This document shows, piece by piece, positions 10,126 through 21,745 of a stretch of DNA of 64,000 bases. The stretch is taken from positions 2,752,001 through 2,816,000 of the forward strand of contig OZ244653.1 of assembly GCA_965218795.1 (NCBI GenBank), in the 5' to 3' direction. The translations under genes were made by a program, and so were the position numbers. The stretch comes from a bacterium (GTDB lineage Bacteria > UBA8248 > JACPRG01 > G963555815). The notes beneath the pieces are model-generated. The model was not told the DNA's origin and made no database searches. It saw nothing but the letters and a program-made list of their open reading frames with translations. How positions within the stretch are numbered: the first letter of the stretch is position 1; each line of letters begins with the position of its first letter.

Positions 10126-10908
10126 ATGCTCTTGCAAGACAAGGTCGTCGTCGTGACGGGCGGCGCGCGGGGAATTGGCAAGGTCTACGCGGAAGGCATC
10201 GCGGCTGAAGGCGCCAAAGTCGTCGTTTCCGACATCCGCGATGGGGAGGAGACGGCCGAGGGGATCCGGGCCGCCGGCGGAGACGCCGTCTTTGTTCAGT
10301 GCGACGTCTCTCGCGGTGAAAGCTGCGATACCCTTGCCCGCGCCGCGCAGGATCGATACGGCCGCATCGATGGTCTGGTCAACAATGCGGCGCTGTACGC
10401 GGACCTGAAATACGTCCCATTCGACCAGATCGAGGAAGAGGAGTGGGACCGCGTCTTTGCCGTCAACGTCAAGGGGGTCTGGCTGATGACCAGGGCCGTA
10501 TACCCCTGTATGCGGGCCGAGGGATCGGGTGGAAACCTCGGAGGAGGCCCGAGGAAGATCGTCAACATTGCCTCGGGAACGCCTTTCAAGGGCACTCCCA
10601 AGACCCCCCATTATGTCGTCTCGAAGGGGGCGGTCGTGACCCTGACCCGCGTGATGGCCCGGACCTTGGGACCGGAGGGGATTAACGTCAATTGCGTTGC
10701 CCCGGGTCTGACGCTGAGCGAAAGCATCATGGAAACCCGGGCTGACATGATCGAGGAAGAAGATGCCAGGCAAATTCTGACCCGGGCTATTCCGCGAAGC
10801 CAGGTTCCTGAAGATCTCGTGGGAGCCATCGTCTTCTTTCTCTCGGAAGGGGCGGATTTCATCACCGGGCAGACGCTGCCCGTGGACGGCGGCTCCCATA
10901 TGAACTGA
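10126..10908 (+). CDS. Classical SDR oxidoreductase (copy 2)
   Basis: TGGARGIG, NNAA, YVVSK; short Gly-rich insert GSGGNLGGGP. Confidence 0.95.
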   Translation: MLLQDKVVVVTGGARGIGKVYAEGIAAEGAKVVVSDIRDGEETAEGIRAAGGDAVFVQCDVSRGESCDTLARAAQDRYGRIDGLVNNAALYADLKYVPFDQIEEEEWDRVFAVNVKGVWLMTRAVYPCMRAEGSGGNLGGGPRKIVNIASGTPFKGTPKTPHYVVSKGAVVTLTRVMARTLGPEGINVNCVAPGLTLSESIMETRADMIEEEDARQILTRAIPRSQVPEDLVGAIVFFLSEGADFITGQTLPVDGGSHMN

Positions 10909-10990
10909 GGGCGGCTCCGGGAAGGGTTTCCCCCCCCTCGGCGGGCGGCAAAAAAGCGTGCAGCCCCATGTTGCTGAAGAATAAGACCAT

Positions 10991-13333
10991 CTAGAACCGG
11001 ATTCCGAGATTGAGGAGGCCGGCGTATTCCTGATCATCCGAACCCGGGCCGCCCGCTGTCGCCTCGCCGCTGAGCGCGAAGCGGCCCCAGCGATAGACCC
11101 CGCCCAGACCCAGCAGAACCCGGGTTGTCCTTGGTTCCCGACCTGAGCCGCTCTCCCGATACCTCAACGGCCGTTACCCCGCCCCTGAGCGTCTGCTCGA
11201 CATCCACCGAACCCCGAAGGGAGAGCCTGCGCGCCCCGCCGTCCCAGACGCGAGCGGTCTCCGCCCTTGAGTTGCTTCGCATCGGTGAGCTTGACCCGCG
11301 AGTTCACCGCGTCGGTGAACTTGTCCATGGAAATCCCGGAGCGGCTCACCCACACCCGAGGCGTCAGGCTCATTCTCTCGCCCAGCGCGATGCGCCGACC
11401 CGTCTCCAGGCTCAGGGAGTGACCGACCGCGCTCGCGTCCCCCATCAGCCGGCCCCGCCTGTCCGTGGAGATATCCACCTTGTAGCCGGTCACCGAGAGG
11501 CGGCCATCGACATAATAGCCGCTCGCGCCGCCCCAGGACACGCCCAACCCCGCGCCGAAGCCCTTCGCGTCGATATCCCCGCCCCCGACCGGTGATTCGA
11601 CGTCCGCCGAAGCCTGAACATGCCGCACCGAGATCGAGCCGGTGATGTCCTTGTTCCAGGGAAACGCGACGTCCACCCCGGCTTCCGCCGTGAGGCGCTT
11701 GAAGTCGTACGCCGCGCCCACGGTCGAGCGGTCGGGATCATGCGTTCCCCCCCCGCCCGAAAGCCTCACCCACACCGGCGAGTCCGGAGACCGCAGACGC
11801 TCCCCAGACGCTCCCCGGCCGGACCCCGGCCGTTCAGCCGAAGCAGGAATCCGGGAAGCCCCTCGTAGACGGCCGCGCGCGGCGCATACGCCTCGATGAA
11901 CTGGAGGCGCCCCTCCCTGGCGAGCACGCTGACGTCCCGTGCCCCGTTCGGGGCCGTGAGGCCGGTGGCGCCCGTCGCGCCGTCGTGCAGCTTCACGTTG
12001 TTGACCACGATCGTGGTCTCGCCGGCGTCGTTGCGAATCTCGCCATCGATGACGCGCGCTATCCTGCGGGCGCCGAGATTCGCCGAGACGTGGAGTTTGG
12101 GCGGATTCCCCGCCGCGCGGATCGCCACCCCGGAAGGCGCGCCGACGCTCCCCTTCGGCCCGATGACGACCTTGCCGCCGCCCGCGAGCCAGACCCCCGC
12201 CCCCTCGCCGGAGCCGCCCATCACCCGGCCGTTCACCGTGACCGTCTGCCGGCGGTAGCCGTCCTCGCCCATCCCGGCGGCGCGCACCACTTCTCCTTGG
12301 GTGTTGAGGGCGCCTATCCGGACGCCGCTCGCGTTCTCCCCGTCGGCGCTGACCGTTCCCCCACCCACGACGATGCTGATTTCTCCCATACCAGAATCAT
12401 GCCCGGCGTAAATGCCGTGGGAACCATCGCCTTCGGTGCTGATCTCGCCGTCCATCATGACGATTGTGATGTCGCCTTTGCCTTTGATGACGTTGCCGTC
12501 AGGGTCGGTGAGGGGGTTGAAGTCAGCATCGGTAGGGTTGCTATGCCGACTATAGATGCCGTAGGAATTCACCCCCCTCGTCGTGATACGGACGCCCCGA
12601 ACGCCGATGTCGATATCGCCTTCGGAGCCTCGATGATCACCGTTGATGCCGTGGGAGAAGGTGCTGCCGTAGGTGGGATCGATGTCCGTGCTTTCCGTTG
12701 TGATGGTTCCGCCTCGAACGTCGATGGTGATGTCGCCGGAGTTTTGACGAAGGCCATCGACGCCGTGGGACAGGACGCCCTTCGTCGTGATGGAGCCGCC
12801 TTGAACGCCGATGTTGACGTCGCTGTTGTCTCTACTATGGAAGCCGACTCTGACTCTACTATGCCAGCCGAAGACGGCGCTGGTATTAGCGCCCGTTGAC
12901 GTGAGGTCGGCGTCTCGAACGGCGATGTCGATGTTGCCGCCGCCGTCATGCAAGGCATAGACGCTGCTGGAGCCATCCGTCGTGACGCTGCCGCCTTGAA
13001 TGTTGATGTTGACGTCGCCGTCGCCTTGACGCTGGGCAGAGACGCCAACGGCGCCATTGCCGTCCGTCGTGACCGTGACGTTTTGAACGTCGATGTTGAC
13101 TGATGCCGTCCATAGATGCCGTGGGCAGCACTGTCCGTCGTCGTGATGGTGAGATCCTGAACGTCGATGTCGATGTCAGCCGTGGAACCGGCGGACTCCT
13201 CGCACTCGATCCGCTGTCCGGTCTCGGGCGTGTTGCTGCATACGGCCGTCTGAGCCTGCGCCTCTCCGACACTGAGAGCGAACGCCGCGGCCAGCATCAG
13301 GGCGATGGCGCCCATCCGCGCCCGCGCGCTCAC
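10991..13333 (-). pseudogene. Autotransporter (beta-helical passenger plus beta-barrel), multiply frameshifted
   Basis: Signal peptide (ALMLAAAFALSVGEAQA), repeated GGxITTxGxxSHGI passenger units, YAPRAAVYEGLP linker, barrel ending EYAGLLNLGIRF-TAG at 10991; split across several frames. Confidence 0.85.
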
Positions 13334-13629
13334 GCCCCGCCTCTTACTCTAGGAGTCTGGAGTCTGGACCGTACCACATTCATGAAATGCAAACAAGACT
13401 GGGACGCAGGAGCAATCATTTGGAATCCTCACCCGTGAATTCTGCCTGAATTGTCATACCTAACCTTTACTCCTTTACTCCTTTACTGCCAGCACTCTAC
13501 CCTAAATATTCTCTCTAATATTCTACCCTCATTCCTGTCCAGTGGACTAAGGTACGCCTCATTGTCGGCGCGACAGCGATGAACCCTTCGGTTGAAACAC
13601 CTGAACATGTGGATTAGATTCTTCTATGA

Positions 13630-14007
<378 letters not shown>

Positions 14008-14064
14008 ATCGGACGGAATGAGGAGCATCCGTCCCGCGGTTTCAGGTGATCCGGAGGATGAGAC

Positions 14065-14826
14065 ATGCAGCTGAGAGACAAGGTCGTGATCGTTACGGGA
14101 TCGGCCCGCGGAATCGGGAAGGTGTACTCCAAAGCCATTGCCGCGGAAGGCGGCAAGGTCGTCGTATCCGATATCCTCGACGGTGAAGGCGCGGTCGAAG
14201 AAATCCGCGGTGCGGGCGGAGAGGCGATCTATGTTCAGGCGGATGTGACGGACGAGGCAAGCGTTGAGCATCTCGCGGGAGCCGCCAAAGCGGAGTTCGG
14301 ACGCATCGACGGGCTGGTCAACAACGCCGCCTTGTTCGCCGACATGCGCTATGCGACCTTCGATCAGGTCACGGTCGAGGAGTGGGACCGAATGATGGCG
14401 GTCAACGTCAAAGGCGTTTGGCTGACTTCCCGGGCCGTATACCCGCATATGAAAGGGCAGGGCTCCGGAAAAATCATCAACATCACGTCCGGCGTTCCGT
14501 TTAAGGGAACCCCGGTTTTCGCGCATTACACGGTGTCGAAAGGGGCCGTCATTACGCTGACCCGGGTGTTGGCGAGATCGATGGGGAAGGACGGCATCTG
14601 CGTCAACGCGGTCGGGCCGGGGTTGACCCGCAGCGAGAGCCTGGCCGCCGCCCGGGGCGACGAGCTCATGGATGCCGACGAAAAGCTCCAGGTCGCCAGC
14701 CGCGCCATTCCACGCGGTCAGGTGCCCGAGGATATCATCGGCGCCATCGTGTTTTTCCTCTCGGACGGAGCGGATTTCATTACCGGCCAGACCCTGGTGG
14801 TCGACGGCGGGTCACATATGAACTGA
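14065..14826 (+). CDS. Classical SDR oxidoreductase (copy 4)
   Basis: TGSARGIG, NNAA, YTVSK. Confidence 0.95.
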   Translation: MQLRDKVVIVTGSARGIGKVYSKAIAAEGGKVVVSDILDGEGAVEEIRGAGGEAIYVQADVTDEASVEHLAGAAKAEFGRIDGLVNNAALFADMRYATFDQVTVEEWDRMMAVNVKGVWLTSRAVYPHMKGQGSGKIINITSGVPFKGTPVFAHYTVSKGAVITLTRVLARSMGKDGICVNAVGPGLTRSESLAAARGDELMDADEKLQVASRAIPRGQVPEDIIGAIVFFLSDGADFITGQTLVVDGGSHMN

Positions 14827-14969
14827 TTCGGAAGGCCTGTTTCGAAAGCGGAAGAACCTTCGAATCGGCAGGTCCGAAGCTGAAGCTGAAACGTCATGTT
14901 CGCCGGTCGGGGCGCAAGACCTCGCGTCCCCGCGGGCAGTTCTCCTGTCGCGAACGGAGGAATGGATCG

Positions 14970-16370
14970 ATGAACTCAAATATCGGCTCGAATGGCGCGG
15001 GCGCGAACCTCAACGGTCGGATCCCCTACCGGGATATGCGGGGCCTCCTTGATCACCTGGAGGAAAACGGGGAGCTCCTTCGAATCTCCAAGCCCGTCCC
15101 GCCCAAGTATCTCCATACCCTTCTGGCCAAGTCGGATCAGGCCGTCCTGTTCGAAAACGTTCAGGACTATGACATCCCGGTCGTCGGAGGGCTGATCGGG
15201 TCCAGACGCCGCCTGGCTCTGGGTCTGGCGAGTGACGAGAAAGTGCTGGGGCGGAGCTTCATGGAAGCTCTGGAGAATCCGCTTCCGGCCGAGGTCACAT
15301 CCGACGGCCCGGTCAAAGAGGTCGTGAAGGTTGGGGATGAGGTGGATCTCACGGACATTCCCATCCCTTTCCAGCACCGCAAAGACGGCGGGCCTTATAT
15401 CTCGGCCGGAATCGCCGTATCCAAAGACGAGGAAGGCCGCCGGAACGTCGGATGCTACCGCCTGATGTACCGGACGCCGAACGAGACCGGGATTGACCTC
15501 GTGTCGCCGTCGGACATGCGGTTCACCTACCAGCGGGCCCTGGACCGGGGCGAATCGCTGCCCATCGCCATCGCCCTCGGAACCGGTATCCCGGAGATCC
15601 TCTCGGCAGCCTACAAGGCCCCCCCGGGTTTCGATGAATTCGCGGTGGCGGGCGCGCTCTACGGGGAGCCGATCCAGCTCACCAAGTGCGCCACGGTCGA
15701 TCTGGAGGTGCCGGCTTCAGCGGAGATCGTTCTGGAAGGGGAAATCTCGGCGGACGGCTGGACCATCGACGAGGGACGGTACGGGGACTTCACCGGTCAT
15801 CAGTGCTCGATCCGGTGGAACCCGGTGTTCAAGGTCAAGGCCGTTACCCACAGGAAGAACCCCATCTTCCAGACCGTGTTCATGCCCTGGGAGAACGACT
15901 GGCTGGAGGCCCCGCCCATGGAGGCCGCGGGCTGGCGGGCGCTCCGCGAGGCCAGCGTCCAAACCACGGCCGTCTATTCCACGCCGGCGAGCTGCTGTTA
16001 TTGGCACTTGTTCGCTTCCATCAAAAAGCGGCCGGGCGAGGGAAAAAACGCGCTGCTTGCGCTGATGTCTCTCCATTCGGTCAAGCTCGTGATCGTGACG
16101 GACGATGACGTGGACATCACGAACTGGATGGAGCTGGAGCGGGCGATGGCCTTCCGTGTCCAGCCGGACGAAGACGTGGTCATCGTCTCAGGGGCCCGGG
16201 GCAAGCATTTGGACCCGACGCTGCGGGCCTCTCAATTGCCGAAGGGCGCGCTGCCCACGACGTCGAAGATGGGAATCGACGCCACCATCCCGGAAGGGAT
16301 CGATCGCTCGGAGTACGAGCTCTTGGAATACCCCTTCCTGGACGAGGTGAAACTCGAGGAATACTTGTAG
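14970..16370 (+). CDS. UbiD-family prFMN-dependent (de)carboxylase
   Basis: DGGPYIS, NVGCYRL, AEIVLEG, variant EGRYGDF, DDDVD, KMGIDAT. Confidence 0.92.
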   Translation: MNSNIGSNGAGANLNGRIPYRDMRGLLDHLEENGELLRISKPVPPKYLHTLLAKSDQAVLFENVQDYDIPVVGGLIGSRRRLALGLASDEKVLGRSFMEALENPLPAEVTSDGPVKEVVKVGDEVDLTDIPIPFQHRKDGGPYISAGIAVSKDEEGRRNVGCYRLMYRTPNETGIDLVSPSDMRFTYQRALDRGESLPIAIALGTGIPEILSAAYKAPPGFDEFAVAGALYGEPIQLTKCATVDLEVPASAEIVLEGEISADGWTIDEGRYGDFTGHQCSIRWNPVFKVKAVTHRKNPIFQTVFMPWENDWLEAPPMEAAGWRALREASVQTTAVYSTPASCCYWHLFASIKKRPGEGKNALLALMSLHSVKLVIVTDDDVDITNWMELERAMAFRVQPDEDVVIVSGARGKHLDPTLRASQLPKGALPTTSKMGIDATIPEGIDRSEYELLEYPFLDEVKLEEYL

Positions 16371-16532
16371 GCAGGTTGCGCCGGCTTCGTTGGATCCCGA
16401 GGGGGATCCACGCGTCAGTCGAAAGAGATGTTGATCGAGCGCAAGAAGTTTGACGCAATCGACGCCATTAACGCGGCCACGGCTGCGGCATCCGTGGAGA
16501 CGGCCGTTTCAAACATCGCTTGGCCGACACGC

Positions 16533-16853
16533 CTACGGAGTGACCGATGTCCTGTCTGTCGCGACCGCCAGCGCGCGTTTGGCAGCTTCTGGTTCCCGGC
16601 AGATGATCTTCAACAGCGCTTGCGCCGGGCCAGTGGGCACGCGCCGTCCCTGCTCCCAATCCTGGAGCGTACGAACGTCGATACCGAAGGTTTTGGCAAA
16701 CAGCCCCTGGCTCATATTGAGGCGCGATCGGATCACACGGACGTTGATTTCTTCGGGAAGGTGAACGCGATAGCTCCCTGGGTTGGCCTCGCCGCGCGCG
16801 ATCTCAAGCGCCTCCGTCGCCGCTTTGATGAGCTCTTCTCCGGCTTTGGTCAT
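16533..16853 (-). CDS. XRE-HTH antitoxin (HigA-like)
   Basis: IRSRLNMSQGLFAKTFGIDVRTLQDWEQGRRVPTGPAQALL. Confidence 0.88.
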   Translation of the reverse strand: MTKAGEELIKAATEALEIARGEANPGSYRVHLPEEINVRVIRSRLNMSQGLFAKTFGIDVRTLQDWEQGRRVPTGPAQALLKIICREPEAAKRALAVATDRTSVTP

Positions 16854-17198
16854 GGGGCGTGGTCCTCCTTCGATATTCATCGGCCAGTGTGCCCAGCACG
16901 GTCCGCAAAACATGGACTTCCGATTTCGTCAGGTTTGCCTTGTCGCCCTTGGCGAAGCTCGACAGCAGAAACACGGGAATGTCCGTGCCGCCGTAAAATG
17001 TCATCACCCGGTAACCGCCGCTCTTGCCTTTCCCTGAAGCGGCGAACCGAACCTTGCGAGCACCGCCCGATCCCTGTATCAGACCACCGGCATCGGCGTG
17101 GGCGGCAACAAAGTGAATCATGGTCTTGCGCTCGTCATCGCTCACGCGGTATCGACGGCATTTACTGAGAAAATCGGTGTTTCGATGACTGTGTGCAT
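16804..17198 (-). pseudogene. RelE/HigB-family toxin, probable 1-nt deletion near the N-terminus
   Basis: IQGSGGARKVRF..GKGKSGGYRV..FAKGDKANLT; the natural start MHTVIETP (ATG 17198) is out of frame with the body. Confidence 0.75.
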
Positions 17199-17427
17199 GC
17201 CCTGAATATATACGGCAATGCCGTAGTCATGTCAAGTCGTTTGTGGGCTGTCGGGCGAAACTGTAAATTGACGATGTCAACTGAGCGTTGATATTGGCAA
17301 CGCAGCGTATTTTCCGAGTTTTCTTGATTTTCAGCAAAAGTTTTCGTGCACCCGACCAAGAAGTCATCCCGAGAGGGGACGACAGACCCCTCCGGGGGAT
17401 TCCGTTCAGGCAAAGGGAGCGGCCGAT

Positions 17428-18243
17428 TTACGGATTCTCAATCGGGAGATCTTCCCGCTCTCCCCACTCGGCCCAGGAAGAAACGTAATTCCGGACCTTT
17501 TCGTACCCCAAAAGGCGAAGGGCGAGGTAGGTATGCGCCGATCGGTAGCCGCCCTGGCAGTAGGCTGATACTTCCTTGTCGGGCGTGACGCCGCTTCCCG
17601 CATAGAGGGCCGTCAGGTCGTCGGCATTTTTGTAGGCGCCGTCCTCGACGCTGTTTTTCCACTCGATGTGAACGGCCCCGGGGACGGCCCCGCCGCGCTT
17701 GGCCCGGACTTCCTTTCCGTGATACTCCCCGTCGGTTCGCGTATCCACGATAACGCAGCCATCGTCTTCCAGCGTCTTCCGGATCGTCTCTGCCGTGGCG
17801 AGGCGTTCGGAGACGGGCCGGGCCTTGAAGCTCGCGCCTTCCGGCTTGACCGGGTCCCGGCTGACCGGATGGGCGGCCATCTCCCATGCGTCAAACCCGC
17901 CGTCCAGGACGTGGACGGCCTCATGCCCGAAATACTCGAGGAACCAGAACGCCCGCGCCGCCCGGACGCCCGTTTGCTCGTCGTAGACCACGACCGTCTT
18001 GTCGTGATCGACCCCTCGGTTCCCGAACAGCCCTTCCATCATCCAGAAGAATGAGTCCAGGGATTCGGGGCCGGTGTGGCGGACGCTGAGGCCGAACAAA
18101 TCGAGGTGCACGGCCCCCGGGATGTGCCCTGCGACGTAATCCTGGGTCGTCCGGGTGTCGATGACGAGAGGCGGACCGGCGTCCAGCGCCTGGCGTAATT
18201 TCTCGGGGGTCCAGAGCAGGTCGGGGTTCTTGTAGCCGCGCAT
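17428..18243 (-). CDS. Two-domain rhodanese/thiosulfate sulfurtransferase
   Basis: GHIPGAV, VLDGGF, active loop YCQGGYRS, YVSSWAEW. Confidence 0.93.
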   Translation of the reverse strand: MRGYKNPDLLWTPEKLRQALDAGPPLVIDTRTTQDYVAGHIPGAVHLDLFGLSVRHTGPESLDSFFWMMEGLFGNRGVDHDKTVVVYDEQTGVRAARAFWFLEYFGHEAVHVLDGGFDAWEMAAHPVSRDPVKPEGASFKARPVSERLATAETIRKTLEDDGCVIVDTRTDGEYHGKEVRAKRGGAVPGAVHIEWKNSVEDGAYKNADDLTALYAGSGVTPDKEVSAYCQGGYRSAHTYLALRLLGYEKVRNYVSSWAEWGEREDLPIENP

Positions 18244-18409
18244 GTTTTTCTCCCTTCACAGCCGGGTTGGCGATGCCCCCGGTCTTTCCTGGAAGGCCTG
18301 GAATATTTCGGGTGTGAAATTGTCGGGGCGCTGGATGCCGAGCCCCAACGGTCTTCGCTTGCGTCTCTCACCCGCGCTGAGGGACACCCGGAACAGAATC
18401 TCAAACCCA

Positions 18410-19036
18410 TTACGGCCGGTAGTGAATGACCCGCATGGGCTTCAGCGCGCCCGCGTTGCAGGGATTCCTTTCCTGGGGGCAATTGGACATGGCCGCCAGA
18501 ACGTCCATGTCCGCCAGGAAGTCGATGTAGTCGCCCGCTTTGGATTTGGGCTTCTGGATGCTGAACCTGCCGTCCGGTTCAACGGGGCAGTTCATGAAGA
18601 CGTTCATGTTGTAGGGGACGTCTTTCCAGCCGAGGCCCCAGGGCTTGACGGCCGCGGCAAAGTTGTCCCGGCAGTTCGGGGTATCCTTGACGCCGTAGCG
18701 GTATTCGTTGGTGAAGCGGGAGCAAGCCCCCGCAATCATGTCGTGAACGCCGCACGTGTCTTCGATGATGGTCATCAGCTTTCCGGCCTCATCAGAGAAC
18801 AGGGTATAGCCGACCGTTGGATAGATGTGTCCGTTGAGGTTGATCGTGTTTTCGGGCGAGAGCCTTTCCTCCAGCCGGTTCAGGTTGAAGGCGAGGAAAT
18901 CCGCAACCTGCTGGCCTTCGATGTCGATGAGGCGGAGGACTTCCCCGGCCCGAATCTCCCCGGCGTAATGCCCGCGGGGGTCGATGATCTTGTCTTCGAG
19001 GACTTCACCCGTCACTTTTTCCGCGTCCGTTGTCAT
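18410..19036 (-). CDS. DUF1989 / urea-carboxylase-associated family protein
   Basis: LRLIDIEGQQVADF, DTCGVHDMIAGAC, NCRDNF, SNCPQ..NPCN. Confidence 0.9.
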   Translation of the reverse strand: MTTDAEKVTGEVLEDKIIDPRGHYAGEIRAGEVLRLIDIEGQQVADFLAFNLNRLEERLSPENTINLNGHIYPTVGYTLFSDEAGKLMTIIEDTCGVHDMIAGACSRFTNEYRYGVKDTPNCRDNFAAAVKPWGLGWKDVPYNMNVFMNCPVEPDGRFSIQKPKSKAGDYIDFLADMDVLAAMSNCPQERNPCNAGALKPMRVIHYRP

Positions 19037-19231
19037 GGCGGATTTCTCCAATGGTTCGCCTGCATGGATATCGAATCGGGATACGTGGTCATTCTAGAGG
19101 GCGTTCCGGCCCGGATCAACCGCCGCTGTCTCCGTGGCCCTTGCCGGTTTGTGCTTGTATCCCTGCGAGGAGTTCACCTGGACTTGGGACGGCGGTTTCC
19201 CGAAAGAACAGTAATGATATATTCGATGAAG

Positions 19232-19855
19232 TCATACGGATGAAGAGACATCCCGGTGGCCGAGGTCCAGTTCGGCCGCGTCGCGTGGGGTTGCAAGCTC
19301 GAACCCGGGCCGCGACGGCTCCATGAAGGTAATCGCCTCGTAGAAGTCGTCCAGCGGCACGAATATGCCGTTCTCCTCCGCGCATTTGCGCATACGCTGG
19401 TTCGTGGAGTTCGCCCATGACAGGATCTCCACTCGCCAGCCGCGCTTGTGCATACGCTCCAGCGTACTGTGGAAGCCAGCGCCTTCGAGGTAGCCCGCGC
19501 CGTCACCGGTCAGCAACACCACAATGCCGGGGTCGCCGTTGTGATCCAGAGCGTCTTCCAGCATTCGCAGCTGCAACAGCTGATCGGGCATCTCCTGTTC
19601 GCCGCGGTCAAACAGGCGGACTTCCACTCCCTCGCTTTCCATGCGGTTCCACAGTTGACGCATTTCCGGCGGCGCCGAGCCAGCCGCAAGAGCTTTTTCC
19701 ACAGGGCGATCGGCGTGGGCCAAGCGCAGCATGTTCTCGAAGTGGATGCGCACGCGGTATCGGGCGTCCGGCCCCTCGCCTTGCTGATCGGCCAGGCGTT
19801 GCGCCTCGTGGAAGATGTTCGAGTTGTCCCAATAAATGAAGAGGCGTTCCATCAA
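19232..19855 (-). CDS. NYN (PIN-like) domain protein
   Basis: IYWDNSNI, EQEMPD, VLLTGDG, GWRVEILSW. Confidence 0.85.
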   Translation of the reverse strand: MMERLFIYWDNSNIFHEAQRLADQQGEGPDARYRVRIHFENMLRLAHADRPVEKALAAGSAPPEMRQLWNRMESEGVEVRLFDRGEQEMPDQLLQLRMLEDALDHNGDPGIVVLLTGDGAGYLEGAGFHSTLERMHKRGWRVEILSWANSTNQRMRKCAEENGIFVPLDDFYEAITFMEPSRPGFELATPRDAAELDLGHRDVSSSV

Positions 19856-19908
19856 CGTGATTCCTGACCTGAAAGACAGTTCATGATGCTATCACGGCTG
19901 CGTTTGCA

Positions 19909-19960
19909 ATGACAATTTGACTTTGTCAAGTCTATAATGACTATTTGTCAGGTCTATCAT
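19909..19960 (+). promoter_or_regulatory. Sigma70-like promoter with repeated operator-like boxes
   Basis: ATGACA (19909)-18 bp-TATAAT (19933); direct repeat TTTGTCARGTCTATMAT at 19922 and 19944; palindrome TTGACtttGTCAA. Confidence 0.55.
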
Positions 19961-20020
19961 TACTAAAAGGACAGTGGCTCCGAAGATTCGCCTTTCGTTT
20001 CCCGAGGGAAGGAGGCTTCG

Positions 20021-20674
20021 ATGAAGGACGTGACCAATCTGGCGGAATGGGTGGATCCCTCGAAGTCGGCGCTCATCGTGATCGACGTGCAGAACGACTT
20101 TTGCCACTCGGAAGGGGCTTTCGCAAAGCTCGGAACGGACATGGAGCCGATCCGGGAAATGATGCCGCGCTTGCGCAATCTCATGGACGATGCCCGCGAA
20201 GCGGGTTGCCAGGTCGTCATCTTCCGGGTGGCCCGATCTCCTCACGACGACTGGCCCGCGAAACGACGGCTGGATGAGCTGCTGTTCGGGGCCGATGCCA
20301 TCCCCATCGTGGATGAAGGGTCCTGGGGCGCGGAGCTCTGCGAGGGCTTCGAGCCGAAAGAGGGCGACATTCTCCTGACGAAAAATCGGTACGGCGGATT
20401 CACCGCGACCAACCTCGACCTGATTCTGCGCAACCTGAACGTCGATACCATCATCATGACCGGCGTGGCCACGAACGTGTGTGTCGAGAGCACCGCGCGG
20501 GAAGGCTTCATGCTGGATTACAACGTCGTCCTGGTCGAGGACTGCTGCGCGACGACGACCAAGGAATTTCACGAAGGCACCGTGGCCAATATCCGGAGGT
20601 GCTTTGGCCGGGTGGCGAAGGCGGATGAGGTTTCCGGGGTCTGGGCTGAAAAGGGAGCAGCGGTCAAGGGGTAG
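20021..20674 (+). CDS. Isochorismatase-family cysteine hydrolase (RutB/BiuH-like fold)
   Basis: ALIVIDVQNDF, KNRYGGF, GVATNVCVESTAR (D-K-C triad). Confidence 0.92.
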   Translation: MKDVTNLAEWVDPSKSALIVIDVQNDFCHSEGAFAKLGTDMEPIREMMPRLRNLMDDAREAGCQVVIFRVARSPHDDWPAKRRLDELLFGADAIPIVDEGSWGAELCEGFEPKEGDILLTKNRYGGFTATNLDLILRNLNVDTIIMTGVATNVCVESTAREGFMLDYNVVLVEDCCATTTKEFHEGTVANIRRCFGRVAKADEVSGVWAEKGAAVKG

Positions 20675-20799
20675 ATGAAGCCGAAGATTGAACCCCGAGC
20701 CTTCCGGGACGTGTGAAGTCTCCCGTATCGGGGCGGCCGGACACAGCGCCCTTTTCATTGAAATGGAACGGCCCTGACGGGTGGGAAATCCGGAGGCGG

Positions 20800-21516
20800 A
20801 TGATGATGAGCGGAGAGATATACCAGGATCCGAAGCTCCATCAGAAAGACGACGAGCTCTACCGGAGGCTGGCGGAGGCGGGAGACAAGCGGGAGCTTCT
20901 CCGGGAGTTCGCCGTCCCGAAAGAGAGCGGCAAGGCGTTTGTCGTCGAGAAAGGGCAGATCTTGCGGATCACGGAGATTGAAGGGCCCCAGGTTGCGGAT
21001 TTCAACGCCTTTTCGAAGGACAACCCCCGGGAGATGTTCTGGTCCGGGAGAACGAGAATCTTCCTGGGCGCCCATCTGACGGTCGGAGACCAGCTGTGGA
21101 GTACGCCGCCGAACATGCGGCCGATGTTCACCATCATCGCGGATACGGTCGATCACCAGCCCCTGCCGCACGGAGCCGCGTCGCACGATCTGGTGTTCTC
21201 CAGGTGCAACGAGCGTTATTTTGAAATGTTGACGGGCGAGACGGGCCGGCCGAACTGCCAGGACAACCTGGCCCGGGCCATCGCAGCGTTCGATCTGACC
21301 CCGGACTACGTCCATGACGCCTTCAACATCTTCATGACCACCGGCATCGACGATCAGGACCGCCTTTTCTTCCTCGAGCCGGACGCGAAGAAAGGGGATT
21401 ACATCGAGCTGTACGCGGAGATCGAAACCATCGTCGCGATATCTTCGTGTCCCGGGGGTTGCAGCGGCCCTCAGAACAAGCCGATCGGGATTGAACTCTA
21501 TCGCCCTTCAGACTGA
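20800..21516 (+). CDS. DUF1989 family protein
   Basis: EGPQVADFN, HDLVFSRC, NCQDNL, HDAFNIFM, SSCPGG; close paralog of 60787-61506. Confidence 0.9.
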   Translation: MMMSGEIYQDPKLHQKDDELYRRLAEAGDKRELLREFAVPKESGKAFVVEKGQILRITEIEGPQVADFNAFSKDNPREMFWSGRTRIFLGAHLTVGDQLWSTPPNMRPMFTIIADTVDHQPLPHGAASHDLVFSRCNERYFEMLTGETGRPNCQDNLARAIAAFDLTPDYVHDAFNIFMTTGIDDQDRLFFLEPDAKKGDYIELYAEIETIVAISSCPGGCSGPQNKPIGIELYRPSD

Positions 21517-21745
21517 AGCGGGGATGCCCAAACGTGGTTGGGCCGGAGCCTTTCCGCATGATCCGGATGCCCGGACTTTTCCCCGACGAGTCATCCTGAG
21601 CGCACCCAGAGTGCCCGAGGGAAAGTCCCACTTACCGTACTCGGAAAGGAAAAATCTCTTACTTTACAAGGCATTATCTGACTGGTTCCCTAGCCGCTCC
21701 GTCTCCCTACCAAACCTTGAACCGTTGCGCTTTCAGGACACGATC

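Noticed and set aside
13465-13525. CTTTACTC x3 and AATATTCT x2 micro-repeats upstream of the autotransporter
   Set aside because: Too short to support a phase-variation or regulatory claim
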